63,612 nt of DNA, filler included, from 9 parts of 9 records of this genome joined end to end with filler, not necessarily neighbours in it; one strand, 5' to 3'. Counted from the first letter of the whole stretch, positions 41,463 through 52,341 are shown. The notes: generated by a model from the letters alone, not told the origin. Made by a program: numbers and translations.

Positions 41463-41503
41463 ACACATGGCCCTAATCACCCAAAGGCCAGGGAGCAAAA
41501 AAC

Positions 41504-41776
41504 GTGTCCGAGATCAATGAAAAGTCCGCTGTGGCCAAAGAACTGAGCGCAGTCAGCGATCCGACCGTCAAGCAAAAAGCGGCCGCGAAAACCGCCCGAA
41601 TTCCCATCAAGATTGTGCCTGTTGAGCAGTTGAAAAAGCCCAGCTGGATCCGCGTGAAGGCCGGCTCGCCTTCCACCCGTTTCTACGAAATCAAGGAAAT
41701 TCTGCGCGAGCACAAGCTGCACACCGTGTGCGAAGAAGCCTCCTGCCCCAACATTGGTGAATGCTTTGGCAAAGGC
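41504..41776 (+). CDS. lipA: lipoyl synthase (3'-truncated)
   Basis: [24 protein letters not shown]. Confidence 0.95.
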
Positions 41777-41876
41777 NNNNNNNNNNNNNNNNNNNNNNNN
41801 NNNNNNNNNNNNNNNNNNNNTTAATTAATTAANNNNNNNNNNNNNNNNNNNNNNNNNNNNNNNNNNNNNNNNNNNN

Positions 41877-42245
41877 ATGCTGACCCGCATCCGCAACGCT
41901 CAGATGCGCGGCATGTCTACAGTTGTCACTCCGGCTTCCAAGCTCCGGGGCCGCGTGCTGGAGGTTCTCCAGTCCGAAGGCTACATCCGTGGCTACACGG
42001 AAATCGAGAAAGACGGTCACAAGAACCTGGAAATCGAGCTCAAGTATTACGAAGGCCAGCCGGTCATCTCGGAGATCAAACGTGTCTCCAAGCCCGGCCG
42101 CCGCGTGTACTCTTCGGTCTCCGACATTCCGCTGGTGCGTAACGGCCTCGGCATCTCCATCCTTTCGACTTCGAAAGGTGTGATGTCCGATAACGTCGCC
42201 CGCGCCGAGAATGTCGGTGGCGAAGTGCTCTGCCGGGTCTTCTAG
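41877..42245 (+). CDS. rpsH: 30S ribosomal protein S8 (first few residues missing)
   Basis: [22 protein letters not shown]. Confidence 0.96.
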   Translation: MLTRIRNAQMRGMSTVVTPASKLRGRVLEVLQSEGYIRGYTEIEKDGHKNLEIELKYYEGQPVISEIKRVSKPGRRVYSSVSDIPLVRNGLGISILSTSKGVMSDNVARAENVGGEVLCRVF

Positions 42246-42254
42246 GAGAGCACC

Positions 42255-42866
42255 ATGTCACGTATTGGAAAACTCCCGATTGAGATCCCAGCCGGCACCA
42301 CGGTGACGGTCGAAGGACAGACGATCAAGGCAAAAGGCCCGAAGGGTGAACTCTCCCTGACGGTCGCCGAAGTCATCACGCCGAAACTGGAAGGCAATGA
42401 GCTGACCGTTTCGCCGCGCGAAGACATCATGAAGGCTGCCAACGATCGCATCGAAGCCGAGAAGGCCCGCGGCAAGCGTCCTCCGACGCTCGCTCAGGCC
42501 ATGGACCCGGTTGCCCGCACCCAGTGGGGCACCGCACGTTCGCGTGCTGCCAACATGGTTGAAGGCGTGTCGAAGGGTTACGAGAAGACGCTCGAACTGG
42601 TCGGCGTCGGTTATCGTGCCCAGATGCAGGGTAAGGATGTGAAACTGGCCCTCGGCTTCTCGCACGATGTGGTCTACGCGGCGCCAGAAGGCATCACGCT
42701 GTCTTCATCCAAGCCGACGGAAGTCGTCATTGCCGGCGCTGACAAGCAGGTTGTCGGCCAGGTAGCTTCCGAGATCCGCAAGTACCGCTCGCCGGAGCCT
42801 TATAAAGGCAAGGGTATCCGTTACGCGGGCGAATATGTCCGCCGTAAGGAAGGCAAGAAGAAGTAA
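42255..42866 (+). CDS. rplF: 50S ribosomal protein L6
   Basis: [20 protein letters not shown]. Confidence 0.96.
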   Translation: MSRIGKLPIEIPAGTTVTVEGQTIKAKGPKGELSLTVAEVITPKLEGNELTVSPREDIMKAANDRIEAEKARGKRPPTLAQAMDPVARTQWGTARSRAANMVEGVSKGYEKTLELVGVGYRAQMQGKDVKLALGFSHDVVYAAPEGITLSSSKPTEVVIAGADKQVVGQVASEIRKYRSPEPYKGKGIRYAGEYVRRKEGKKK

Positions 42867-42870
42867 CGCC

Positions 42871-43233
42871 ATGAAAAGCTCACGCGAAAAGATGCAGCGC
42901 CGCGCCCAGCGGGTCCGCACCAAGCTCCGGAAGGTCGCCGAAGGCCGTCCGCGTCTGTCGGTTGCGCGCAGCCACAAGAACATCTCCGCCCAGATCATCG
43001 ACGACGAGAAGGGCATCACGCTCGCTTCGGCTTCGACGCTGGAAAAAGACGTTCTCGGCGGTGCCAAGACCGGCGCTGACACGTCCGCAGCTGCGCAGGT
43101 CGGCAAGATCCTGGCAGAGCGCGCCAAGAAAGCCGGTGTTGAAGACGTTGTCTTCGACCGCGGCGGCTACATGTTCCACGGCCGGGTGAAAGCCCTGGCA
43201 GACGCCGCCCGTGAGGGCGGTCTCAAATTCTAA
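42871..43233 (+). CDS. rplR: 50S ribosomal protein L18
   Basis: [21 protein letters not shown]. Confidence 0.96.
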   Translation: MKSSREKMQRRAQRVRTKLRKVAEGRPRLSVARSHKNISAQIIDDEKGITLASASTLEKDVLGGAKTGADTSAAAQVGKILAERAKKAGVEDVVFDRGGYMFHGRVKALADAAREGGLKF

Positions 43234-43244
43234 GGAGAGGCCCT

Positions 43245-43820
43245 ATGGCTGAAGAAAGAGGAAGAGGCCGCCGGAATCGCGATCGCGACGAGGAGCAGTC
43301 CGAATTCGTCGACAAGCTGGTTGGCATCAACCGCGTCGCCAAGACGGTGAAGGGTGGTAAGAACTTCGGTTTCGCAGCTCTCGTCGTCGTCGGTGACCAG
43401 AAGGGCCGCGCCGGCTTCGGCAAGGGCAAAGCCCGCGAAGTGCCGGAAGCCATCCGCAAGGCAACGGAAGAAGCCAAGCGCAACATGGTCCGCATCCCGC
43501 TGCGCGAAGGCCGTACGCTGCACCATGACGGCAAAGGCCGTTGGGGCGCTGGCAAGGTCGTGCTGCGCGCAGCCCCTCCCGGTACGGGTGTGATCGCCGG
43601 TGGTCCGATGCGTGCCGTGATGGAAGTGCTGGGCGTCCAGGACGTCGTCGGCAAGTCGATCGGCTCCTCGAACCCCTACAATATGGTTCGTGCAACGTTT
43701 GATGCTCTGAAGGAACAGGCCAGCCCGCGTTCCGTCGCTTCCAAGCGTGGCCTGAAAGTTCAGGACGTGGTTGGCCGCCGCACCGATGGTGCGTCGGAAG
43801 CCGGCGTCGTTGAAGCCTGA
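43245..43820 (+). CDS. rpsE: 30S ribosomal protein S5
   Basis: [19 protein letters not shown]. Confidence 0.96.
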   Translation: MAEERGRGRRNRDRDEEQSEFVDKLVGINRVAKTVKGGKNFGFAALVVVGDQKGRAGFGKGKAREVPEAIRKATEEAKRNMVRIPLREGRTLHHDGKGRWGAGKVVLRAAPPGTGVIAGGPMRAVMEVLGVQDVVGKSIGSSNPYNMVRATFDALKEQASPRSVASKRGLKVQDVVGRRTDGASEAGVVEA

Positions 43821-43840
43821 GCCTAGGGAAGGGTAACGAC

Positions 43841-44026
43841 ATGTCGAAATCCAAGCTTACCGTCCGCCAGACCGGCAGCCCGATCGGCCGCAAGCCCGAA
43901 CAGCGTCAGACGCTGGTTGGCCTCGGCCTGAACAAGGTTGGCCGGACCAAGGAACTCGAAGACACTCCGGCTGTGCGCGGCATGATCCGCAAAGTGGCCC
44001 ACCTGGTCGAGGTGGTCGGCGAATAA
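43841..44026 (+). CDS. rpmD: 50S ribosomal protein L30
   Basis: [19 protein letters not shown]. Confidence 0.95.
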   Translation: MSKSKLTVRQTGSPIGRKPEQRQTLVGLGLNKVGRTKELEDTPAVRGMIRKVAHLVEVVGE

Positions 44027-44084
44027 GGCCTCCGTGCTGCATCGCCGTCGCCCCAACCATCAAGACGTATCGGAAGATAGAACG

Positions 44085-44564
44085 ATGAAACTCAACGAAC
44101 TGTCCCCCGCTGAAGGCTCCACCAAGCAGCGCATGCGCATTGGCCGCGGCGTCGGCTCGGGCAAAGGCAAGACGGGTGGCCGCGGTGTTAAAGGTCAGAA
44201 GGCCCGTTCCGGCGTTGCCATAAATGGCTTCGAAGGCGGCCAGATGCCGATCTACATGCGCCTGCCGAAGCGAGGCTTCACCCCGCGCGGGCAGAAGACG
44301 ATGTCCTGGGTCAACCTGGGCCGCGTCACCAAGGCGGTCGAAGCCGGCAAACTGGACGCTTCCAATGTGACGGAAGAAACGCTGGTCGCTTCCGGCCTCG
44401 TGCGCAACGTCCGTGACGGCGTTCGCCTGCTGGCCAAGGGTTCGGCCCCGAAAAACCTCAACATCACAGTGACCGGTGCCTCAAAGGCGGCTATCGAAGC
44501 CGTTGAAAAGGCTGGCGGCAAGGTGACGGTTACGGGTGCCGCGAAAGACACGGCTGCAGAATAA
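44085..44564 (+). CDS. rplO: 50S ribosomal protein L15
   Basis: [22 protein letters not shown]. Confidence 0.96.
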   Translation: MKLNELSPAEGSTKQRMRIGRGVGSGKGKTGGRGVKGQKARSGVAINGFEGGQMPIYMRLPKRGFTPRGQKTMSWVNLGRVTKAVEAGKLDASNVTEETLVASGLVRNVRDGVRLLAKGSAPKNLNITVTGASKAAIEAVEKAGGKVTVTGAAKDTAAE

Positions 44565-44652
44565 ACAGCGGTTTTTACCCGGAACCCCTTCACAAACACC
44601 GTGACGCCGCCGATTTTGGCGGCGCACGCATTTTCAGGGAGATCGAGCGTCG

Positions 44653-46011
44653 ATGGCCAATGCCGCAGAACAGATGGCTCGCAATGTAAATCTGGGAACC
44701 TTTGCCAAGGCCAAGGACCTCCAGAACCGCATCCTGTTTACTCTGGGCATGTTGCTGCTCTACCGGCTCGGCACATTCGTCCCGATTCCGGGCCTTGACC
44801 CGATCGCCTACGCCTCGATCTTCGAAAGCCAGTCCGGCGGTCTGCTGGGCAATATGAACATGTTTGCCGGCGGGGCAGTGGAGCGGATGGGCATCTTCGC
44901 CCTGAACGTGATGCCGTACATTACCGCCTCCATCATCATCCAGATGATGACCCAGGCCTCTCCGACGCTTGAAAAGCTGAAGAAGGAAGGCGAGGCGGGC
45001 CGCAAGCAGATCAACCAGTATACCCGCTACCTGACGCTGGCATTTGCACTGGTTCAGTCCTTCGCGATCTCGTCCGGCCTGTCGCATGTCCGGATTGATG
45101 GCATCGCCGGGCCGTTCTTCATCCTGACCGGTGTGGTGACCCTCACGGGCGGCACGATGCTGCTGATGTGGATGGGTGAGCAGATCACCGCTCGCGGCAT
45201 CGGCAACGGCGTCTCACTGATCATCTTCGCCGGCATCGTGGCCGAACTGCCCAAGGCGATCGTGAACCTGATCAGCCAGGCGCGTGCGACCTCGGTGAAC
45301 GTGGTGTTCGTCATCGCGATTGCGGCCATGGTGATCGCTCTGGTTGTGTTCATCGTGTTCATGGAGCGGTCGCAGCGGCGGTTGCTGATTCAGTATCCGA
45401 AACGGCAACAGGCGCATGGTGTCGCGCAGGGGCAGAAGAGCTTCCTGCCGCTGAAGATCAACACTGCGGGCGTGATTCCCCCGATCTTTGCTTCGGCCCT
45501 GCTGATGCTGCCGCTCACCGTTGTGGGCTTCATGGGCGGCAATGCGGCCGGTGCCGCGACGGACACGGAAGTAAGTGGCATCCTTTCCTGGCTTGCGGCG
45601 AACTTCTCCGCCGGCACCTGGACGCACATCATCTCCTATTGTGTGCTCGTGATCTTCTTCACCTTCTTCTACACCTCGATCATGTTTAATCCCGAGGAAA
45701 CAGCGGATAACCTCCGGAAATATGGTGGTTTTATCCCGGGTATCCGGCCGGGCTCCAACACGGCAGCCTACTTCGACTATGTGCTGACTCGCCTCACCGT
45801 GATCGGTGCGCTGTATTTGACCTTTGTCTGTGTTCTGCCCGAACTGCTTCGGCGTTATTACCCCGAGATCCCGTTTTACATCGGGGGCACGTCGCTGCTG
45901 ATCGTGGTGTCGGTGACAATGGACACCGTGACGCAGATACAGTCGCATTTGATTGCGCATCAATATGAAGGCATGATCAAGAAGTCGAAGCTCGGGGGCC
46001 GGAAGAAATGA
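44653..46011 (+). CDS. secY: preprotein translocase subunit SecY
   Basis: [40 protein letters not shown]. Confidence 0.97.
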   Translation: MANAAEQMARNVNLGTFAKAKDLQNRILFTLGMLLLYRLGTFVPIPGLDPIAYASIFESQSGGLLGNMNMFAGGAVERMGIFALNVMPYITASIIIQMMTQASPTLEKLKKEGEAGRKQINQYTRYLTLAFALVQSFAISSGLSHVRIDGIAGPFFILTGVVTLTGGTMLLMWMGEQITARGIGNGVSLIIFAGIVAELPKAIVNLISQARATSVNVVFVIAIAAMVIALVVFIVFMERSQRRLLIQYPKRQQAHGVAQGQKSFLPLKINTAGVIPPIFASALLMLPLTVVGFMGGNAAGAATDTEVSGILSWLAANFSAGTWTHIISYCVLVIFFTFFYTSIMFNPEETADNLRKYGGFIPGIRPGSNTAAYFDYVLTRLTVIGALYLTFVCVLPELLRRYYPEIPFYIGGTSLLIVVSVTMDTVTQIQSHLIAHQYEGMIKKSKLGGRKK

Positions 46012-46577
46012 ATCTAATACTGTTCGGGCCGCCTGCGGCCGGGAAAGGTACGCAGGCGAAACGCTTGGTTGAGGAGCGCGGTTTCATCCAGCTTTCCACA
46101 GGCGACATGCTGCGCGCTGCTCGCGCATCAGGCTCTGAACTTGGCCAGCGTGTTGCGACAATCATGGATGAAGGCGGCCTCGTTTCCGACGAGATCGTGA
46201 TCGCCCTGATCGACGAACAGCTGACCGCCAACAAGGGGGCTGCCGGCTTCATCTTTGATGGATTCCCGCGCACGGTCGGTCAGGCCGGTGCCCTGGACGA
46301 GCTGCTGAAGTCTCGTGGCACCGAAGTGAACCGGGTCATCCGTCTGGTCGTCGATGACGAACAGCTCCTGGCGCGCGTCACAAAGCGTTTTGAAGAGCAG
46401 GGGCGCAAGGACGACAATCCGGAAACCTTCTCGAAACGTCTTGAGAAATACTATGAGGACACAGCGCCTCTGGTGCCGATTTACGCTGAGCGGAGCATCC
46501 TGACGGAAGTCGACGGGATGGCCTCGATCGACGAGGTCGCAAAGCAGATCGACGCTGCGCTGAAAGAGACGGCATAA
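46008..46577 (+). CDS. adk: adenylate kinase (short, LID-less type)
   Basis: GPPAAGKGT, STGDMLR, DGFPRT, GRKDD. Confidence 0.96.
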   Translation: MNLILFGPPAAGKGTQAKRLVEERGFIQLSTGDMLRAARASGSELGQRVATIMDEGGLVSDEIVIALIDEQLTANKGAAGFIFDGFPRTVGQAGALDELLKSRGTEVNRVIRLVVDDEQLLARVTKRFEEQGRKDDNPETFSKRLEKYYEDTAPLVPIYAERSILTEVDGMASIDEVAKQIDAALKETA

Positions 46578-46725
46578 AGGTGGGATTCCGCTGTTGACGC
46601 GTTAATTTCCACGGCTATAAGCCTCCATTCTTAGCTTAAGGCTTAATCGCCGGCGCGCGAGGCGGACCGTATTCCGGCTCGGCGCGCTTTTAATGTTTGA
46701 ACAGTCCGCTTGAGGAGAACCGGCA

Positions 46726-46980
46726 TTGGCCCGTATTGCAGGCGTAAATATCCCGACCAATAAGCGCGTCGTCATTGCGCTGCGGTACATCCATGGCATT
46801 GGTCCGGCCTTCGCACAGGAAATCTGCGACAAGGTGGGCGTCGACGCGTCTCGCCGCGTGAACGAACTGACCGACGCTGAGGTCATCAAGATCCGCGAAA
46901 CGATCGACGCCGATTACATGGTCGAGGGTGACCTGCGCCGTGACACGTCCATGAACATCAAGCGCCTGATGGACCTTGGC
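46726..46980 (+). CDS. rpsM: 30S ribosomal protein S13 (3'-truncated, TTG start)
   Basis: [24 protein letters not shown]. Confidence 0.95.
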
Positions 46981-47080
46981 NNNNNNNNNNNNNNNNNNNN
47001 NNNNNNNNNNNNNNNNNNNNNNNNTTAATTAATTAANNNNNNNNNNNNNNNNNNNNNNNNNNNNNNNNNNNNNNNNNNNN

Positions 47081-47110
47081 CAGTTGCTCTACCAGCTGAG
47101 CTATAGGGGC
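47081..47110 (-). tRNA. tRNA 5' part, probably tRNA-Thr (anticodon lost in the gap)
   Basis: GCCCCTATAGCTCAGCTGGTAGAGCAACTG: acceptor strand plus D-arm. Confidence 0.75.
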
Positions 47111-47322
47111 CGATGGCGCTTCAATAGTATCAAAGATCTTCCTCTGCAAGATGGAAAAAGGCATGAAATGCGCAATTTTCAAATTCTTTTTCATACCCCT
47201 CTTGGAACGTTCTGGTCGGAGGTCGGAGGCGGATCTTTTCGTAAGTCCTGTCGTGTCTGAAAACGCCTGAACCTGCCGACAATCCGCTTGGTAAGGGCCG
47301 TGTAATCCCGTCTGTGTTTGAG

Positions 47323-47353
47323 TTGGTGGTACCACTTGGACTGGTACCACCAA
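47323..47353. promoter_or_regulatory. perfect 12-bp inverted repeat, candidate operator
   Basis: TTGGTGGTACCA-CTTGGAC-TGGTACCACCAA, 120 bp upstream of the 2OG oxygenase. Confidence 0.45.
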
Positions 47354-47472
47354 AGGGTGGGGGGCTTTCTGCTTGGTTATAAGCCCAGATCTTGAGGTGA
47401 GGTGACCTCAAGCGGCGTGAATTTTTTCACAATTGTCAGCGTGCTGTACTTTCTTGTTTCTGGTGGCAGAAC

Positions 47473-48486
47473 ATGGAGATCACCTTGCCTGATTTAGCTT
47501 TGCCTCACCTTGCGGATAACCTGCGTGCCACGCGCCAATCTTTTGATGCCATACCTGTTGTCGATATCGGGCCTTTGCTGGACGGCCGTGATCCCTTTGG
47601 TGTTGCCAAAGAAATCCGATGGGCCCTGTCCAATGCTGGGTTCATGTATGTAAAGAACCATGGTGTGTCTTCCAGCGTCGTTGAGGCAGCATTCGCGCAG
47701 GCAAAGGCGTTTTTTGACTTGCCAGTTGACGACAAGATGACGTTGCATGTGGGCAATTCTGGCGTTGCGATGCGGGGGTATATTGAAATATTCGGTGAAA
47801 ATACCGATCCCGCTAAAACAAAAGACCTGAAAGAGTGTTTTGATCTTGGGCCGGAAACACCGGGTGTTGAGATGCCGTTTTTTGGAGCCAATCAGTGGCC
47901 AGATCAGCTGCCTGCCTTTCAGCCGGCGATCTATGCCTATCATGGAGAAATGAAAAAGTTGTCCTTGATCTTGTTGCGTGGGATCGCCCTGAGCTTGGAT
48001 TTGCCCGCCGACTTTTTCGCCTCAAAAATGCGCAACCCGATCAGCATTCAGCGATTGCTGCATTACCCACCGCAGGTTGGCAAAATAGATGAAAGCGTGA
48101 TGGGGATCGGGGCGCACACGGATTACGGCAACCTGACCATTCTTGCGCAGGATGATGTCGGTGGGCTGCAGGTCATGAACCGTGATGGTGTCTGGGTGCA
48201 AGGGCCACCGATTCCGGATACTTTTGTGATCAACATCGGGGATCTGATCCAGCGGCTGACCAATGATGTTTACCTCGCGAACCTGCATCGAGTCGTGAAC
48301 ACAAGCGGGCGTGAACGGTATTCCATCCCGTTTTTCATTGATGCAGATTATGATGCGGAATTTGCCCCTATCCCAAGTTGTATCAGTGCGGACAATCCCG
48401 TGCGATATGATCCGGTGACCTGTGGGCGGCACAAGTTTGGCCGGTTCCTGGATAGCTTTCCGCATTTGGCGGCAACGTTTGGCTAG
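47473..48486 (+). CDS. 2OG-Fe(II) oxygenase, isopenicillin N synthase-like family
   Basis: IPVVD, GFMYVKNHG, HTD, H (LHRV), RYS. Confidence 0.9.
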   Translation: MEITLPDLALPHLADNLRATRQSFDAIPVVDIGPLLDGRDPFGVAKEIRWALSNAGFMYVKNHGVSSSVVEAAFAQAKAFFDLPVDDKMTLHVGNSGVAMRGYIEIFGENTDPAKTKDLKECFDLGPETPGVEMPFFGANQWPDQLPAFQPAIYAYHGEMKKLSLILLRGIALSLDLPADFFASKMRNPISIQRLLHYPPQVGKIDESVMGIGAHTDYGNLTILAQDDVGGLQVMNRDGVWVQGPPIPDTFVINIGDLIQRLTNDVYLANLHRVVNTSGRERYSIPFFIDADYDAEFAPIPSCISADNPVRYDPVTCGRHKFGRFLDSFPHLAATFG

Positions 48487-48492
48487 GCCGGG

Positions 48493-49335
48493 CTAGGGGG
48501 TGATAAGCCCTGCTGTGGTTGCCTCGGCGCGCGTGGGGGACCATAATTGTTCGCTCGGTGTCTCAAACATCCTGGTGAGAAATTGCAGGCTTACGCCTTG
48601 GTCGCGGAAAAAGGCACGGTCTTTGTCCTGTTCCTCTTGCAGGTCAAGATGGGGCAGGGCGGTGGCAAAGTTCAGGGCATATTGATGAAACCCCAAACTG
48701 GCTGTTGGGGCGAGGCTGCGTTTTGTTCCTGCAATGAACACCAGAGTGCAGGCCGAGCTGCAGGCGTCGACCACCTGCGTGTCCAGCTTTTGATTTAAGA
48801 TCAATCGGGCGAATCCTCGGGCTTCGTAAATGTGGCCCCCCGGACTTGTCAGGTTTACGGATCGCAGGCTGGGGTTGGTTTTGATCAATTCATCCGCGCG
48901 TTTGGTCAGGCCAAAGGTGATATCGCCAGAGAGCAGCAGCGTTTCACCATCTTCAGACACCGTGAGGGAATATGTGGCGGCGTGTTCTCGATCCATCCGA
49001 TCGGTAAACAGCTCAGCCTCTGGTGGGGCATAGGCCGCTAAACCCAATCCCCACCATTGCGCGCTCATCAAAGAGGCCGCCAGCAGCAAAGCAAGATAGC
49101 CACCCCAAACCGGGATCATACTGCCAAGTCCCGAGATATAGGTATCAGCCGCGCGTTGAAACCGCATGGCTTGCCAGCAAAAGAACGCGATATCGCAAAC
49201 CATCAACACGTAAAGCGGGATCAAGGGCAGGGTCAGAGCCGCCCCAACTGTCATTAAAGCAGCATAAATGGCAACGCGTGGTACGACCACCCAAAGCCAG
49301 AACACACGTGCCAAAGAAGCTGGATCACTCTGCAT
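48493..49335 (-). CDS. membrane protein with periplasmic COG3904/ClpP-crotonase-like domain
   Basis: N-terminal TM helices, then LSGDI, LTSPGG, CSSACTLVFIAG, LGFHQY. Confidence 0.7.
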   Translation of the reverse strand: MQSDPASLARVFWLWVVVPRVAIYAALMTVGAALTLPLIPLYVLMVCDIAFFCWQAMRFQRAADTYISGLGSMIPVWGGYLALLLAASLMSAQWWGLGLAAYAPPEAELFTDRMDREHAATYSLTVSEDGETLLLSGDITFGLTKRADELIKTNPSLRSVNLTSPGGHIYEARGFARLILNQKLDTQVVDACSSACTLVFIAGTKRSLAPTASLGFHQYALNFATALPHLDLQEEQDKDRAFFRDQGVSLQFLTRMFETPSEQLWSPTRAEATTAGLITP

Positions 49336-49384
49336 ATCGCCACAGTGCGCGGCTTCGCACTGTGGATCAATTACAAAGACGGCA

Positions 49385-50077
49385 TCATTCTAGAATGGTG
49401 GCAATCTGATCCATGGGTTTCTTCATCTTCGCCACCTGCGGCACCGTCGCGTCTTGGGCGGGGTGCCCCACGGCGATGATCATCGTTGGTTTCTCAGAGG
49501 CGGGTCGGCCCAACGCTTCGTTCAGGAACCGCATTGGGTTCGGGGTGTGGGTGAGAGTGCTGAGCCCGGCGTGGTGCAGGGCGGCCAACAAAAAACCGGT
49601 CGCGATGTTCACGCTTTCGGGCACGTAATAATTCTTGTAACGGGTCCCGTCTTCGAATTGCCCCCAACGCTGGGCAAAAACAATGATCAGCCAAGGCGCG
49701 ACGGTCAGGTGATCTTTGACCGCGTTGGTGCCGATGGGCTCCAGCGCCTTTATCCACTCATCCCCAGCGCCCCCTTCGTAAAAACGGCGTTCTTCTTCCT
49801 CGGCTTCCTCGCGGATGCGCTGTTTCAGGGCCGGGTTTGCAACGGCCACAAAATGCCAAGGTTGATGATTTGCACCTGAGGGGGCAGTGCCAGCCGTTTC
49901 AATGCAGCGTTCGATGATATCCCGAGGAACCGGCTGATCCGTGTAATCGCGCACTGTGTGCCGCTTGCGCATAACGTCGTAAAAATCCAATGCAGCAGCG
50001 CGCATTTCTTCGTCCGACAGGTCGACACGGTCGGGCAGGGGCAGGGTGGTGTAAGTCAGGGCTTCGCGGGCAAACAT
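49385..50077 (-). CDS. nitroreductase-fold flavoprotein, iodotyrosine deiodinase-like
   Basis: RHTVRDY, APSGANHQPW, AEEEERRFY, YYVPESV, LTHTP, KK. Confidence 0.8.
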   Translation of the reverse strand: MFAREALTYTTLPLPDRVDLSDEEMRAAALDFYDVMRKRHTVRDYTDQPVPRDIIERCIETAGTAPSGANHQPWHFVAVANPALKQRIREEAEEEERRFYEGGAGDEWIKALEPIGTNAVKDHLTVAPWLIIVFAQRWGQFEDGTRYKNYYVPESVNIATGFLLAALHHAGLSTLTHTPNPMRFLNEALGRPASEKPTMIIAVGHPAQDATVPQVAKMKKPMDQIATILE

Positions 50078-50116
50078 GCACAGATCTCCGATGGGGTTCC
50101 CCATTATTGGGGTTGC

Positions 50117-51001
50117 TCAGGCTGGGATCAACCCTTTGGATGCAGCGGCGCATACGGCTTGTGTCAATGGTTGCAACACCGGGGCCATGATGCGGCTGAC
50201 TTGCCATGTCAGTTGCACGTCCAACGGGGTGTTTGCGATCAACGGAACCAAACGGCCATTGCGGATCGGGCCGCGTACCAATTGTGCCGGATTCATGCCC
50301 CAGCCAAGCCCCAACCGTGCCGCATCTACAAACGCCTGTGTGGATGGCAAAAAATGCGATGGCGGAGAGATGCGGCGCCCAAATTGCGCGTCGATCCAGG
50401 CCTTTTGTAACCCATCTTTGGCGTTAAAGGTCAGACAGGGAGCCTGCGCCAATCGAGGTGCTGTCACCCCATCGGGAAACCATTGTTCCATATAGCTTGG
50501 ACTAGCTGTTGCGATGTACCGCATCTTGCCCAAGGGGATCACGTCACACCCGGTCACGGGTTTCGTCGTTGCGCTGATGGCCGCGCTCACTTCTCCGCGT
50601 CTGAGCCAATCAGCTGAATAGTCCTGATCATCGATCACCAGATCGAACAGCACATCCGGGATCGCAGCCATCGCCGCCACAAACCACGTGGCCAGTGAAT
50701 CTGCGCTGACCGCGATTTTCAGGCGCGTAGGGCCGGGGGTCACATCCAACGACAGCTCTCTGCTCAATTGCGCCTCAAGCAACCCAACGTCTTCGGCGTG
50801 TTTTGCAAGGCGAATGCCAGCGGGTGTGCCCGTGCAGGGAGTGGCGCGATTGATCAGGGCCACCCCGACTCGGTCTTCCAAGGCTTTGATCCGTTGGGAA
50901 ATCGCTGACGGGGTCACCGACAGGTCTGCGGCGGCGGCTTCGAAACTGCCTCGTTGCAGAATGGCGGACAGGGCAGACAGGTGCTGGGGATCGAACTGCA
51001 T
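50117..51001 (-). CDS. argP: LysR-family regulator ArgP/LysG
   Basis: GSFEAAA..L.VTPSAISQRIKALE, ADSLATW, DDQD; divergent from a LysE exporter. Confidence 0.9.
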   Translation of the reverse strand: MQFDPQHLSALSAILQRGSFEAAAADLSVTPSAISQRIKALEDRVGVALINRATPCTGTPAGIRLAKHAEDVGLLEAQLSRELSLDVTPGPTRLKIAVSADSLATWFVAAMAAIPDVLFDLVIDDQDYSADWLRRGEVSAAISATTKPVTGCDVIPLGKMRYIATASPSYMEQWFPDGVTAPRLAQAPCLTFNAKDGLQKAWIDAQFGRRISPPSHFLPSTQAFVDAARLGLGWGMNPAQLVRGPIRNGRLVPLIANTPLDVQLTWQVSRIMAPVLQPLTQAVCAAASKGLIPA

Positions 51002-51015
51002 TAGCAATCCTTAAT
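51000..51015. promoter_or_regulatory. candidate ArgP/LysR box overlapping the argP start
   Basis: ATTAGCAATCCTTAAT imperfect dyad in the divergent argP-argO region. Confidence 0.4.
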
Positions 51016-51090
51016 CTGTGTCAGTATCTTTAATTGGATTATCCTGTCGATAGCTCGTAGTCAAATGACGGCCTACTGAGCGGAGCGCAC

Positions 51091-51696
51091 ATGACCTACT
51101 CTTTCTTTCCCGGATTTGCCTTGGGATTCAGCTTGATCCTTGCCATTGGGGCGCAAAACGCCTTTGTCCTGCGTCAGGGGTTACGCCATGAGCATGTGTT
51201 GCCTGTTGTTCTGACCTGCGCGATCTCCGATGCGATTTTGATTGCGGCAGGCGTCGCGGGCTTTGGTTCACTGGCGCAGATGGTTCCCGGCTTTGAAATG
51301 GTGATGCGATATGGCGGGGCGGCGTTCTTAATCTGGTACGGTACCCGCAGTTTGATCAGTGCGTGGCGCAGTCATGCGGGGTTAGAGGCGGACCCGCGTA
51401 ATGGGGGCACGACGCCGCTTAGGACTGTATTGTTGACAGTGCTGGCTTTCACGTGGCTGAACCCGCATGTCTATTTGGATACCGTCGTGTTGATTGGCTC
51501 AATTTCGGCGCAGTATGATGATCGGCTCAGCTTTGCACTTGGTGCGATGACCTCCAGTTTTGTGTTTTTCTTTGCGCTTGGGTATGGCGCAAGATTGTTG
51601 GCCCCCGTTTTTGCGCGTCCAAAGGCATGGCAAGTGTTGGATGCGGTAATCGGGTTGACGATGTGGGGCATTGCCCTGAAATTAGTTACCATGTGA
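51091..51696 (+). CDS. argO: LysE/ArgO amino-acid exporter
   Basis: LILAIGAQNAFVLRQG, TWLNPHVYLDT. Confidence 0.9.
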   Translation: MTYSFFPGFALGFSLILAIGAQNAFVLRQGLRHEHVLPVVLTCAISDAILIAAGVAGFGSLAQMVPGFEMVMRYGGAAFLIWYGTRSLISAWRSHAGLEADPRNGGTTPLRTVLLTVLAFTWLNPHVYLDTVVLIGSISAQYDDRLSFALGAMTSSFVFFFALGYGARLLAPVFARPKAWQVLDAVIGLTMWGIALKLVTM

Positions 51697-51736
51697 AGTC
51701 TTGCCCCCGGCCGCGATTGGGTGTTCAACCGTTTGT

Positions 51737-52341
51737 ATGACAACAACCATCACTTCTGAACCTCGGCCCCTTGCGGGAATGATGTGGATGCTCGCAGCTG
51801 GGTTTAGCTTTGTTGTGATGACCGCATTGGTTAAATCACTCGGGACAAACCTGCATCCGATACAGTCGTCGTTTCTGCGCTATGCGCTGGGGTTGGTGTT
51901 CGTGCTGCCAGCCATTCGACCACTGCTGAATGCGAAATTGACCCCCCGGCATTGGGCGTTGTTCAGTATTCGTGGGGCGATTCACGCGGTTGGGGTCATG
52001 CTGTGGTTCTTTGCCATGACGCAAATCCCATTGGCCGAAGTGACCGCTATGAACTACCTGACCCCAGTTTACGTGACGCTGGGGGCGGTTATCTTTTTAG
52101 GGGAAAAGCTGGCCTTGCGCCGGATTTCAGCCGTGGTCGTTGCGGTGATTGGAGCTGCGATTATTCTGCGTCCGGGGTTTCGTGAAATTTCACCGGGTCA
52201 CCTCGCGATGCTGGCGACGGCTTTGTTGTTGGGGGGCTCCTACCTGTTGGCCAAGGTCACTGTGGATGAGGTCCACCCAGCCGTGGTTTTGACCATGCTG
52301 TCCGGTTGGGTCACGATCGCACTGACTCCCTTTGCAATTGC
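51737..52341 (+). CDS. DMT/EamA transporter (3'-truncated)
   Basis: TM pattern, IPLAEVTA, FLGEK, ILRPG. Confidence 0.85.

Noticed and set aside
46008-46577. Adenylate kinase lacking the LID domain
   Set aside because: Short-type Adk is a known, common variant.
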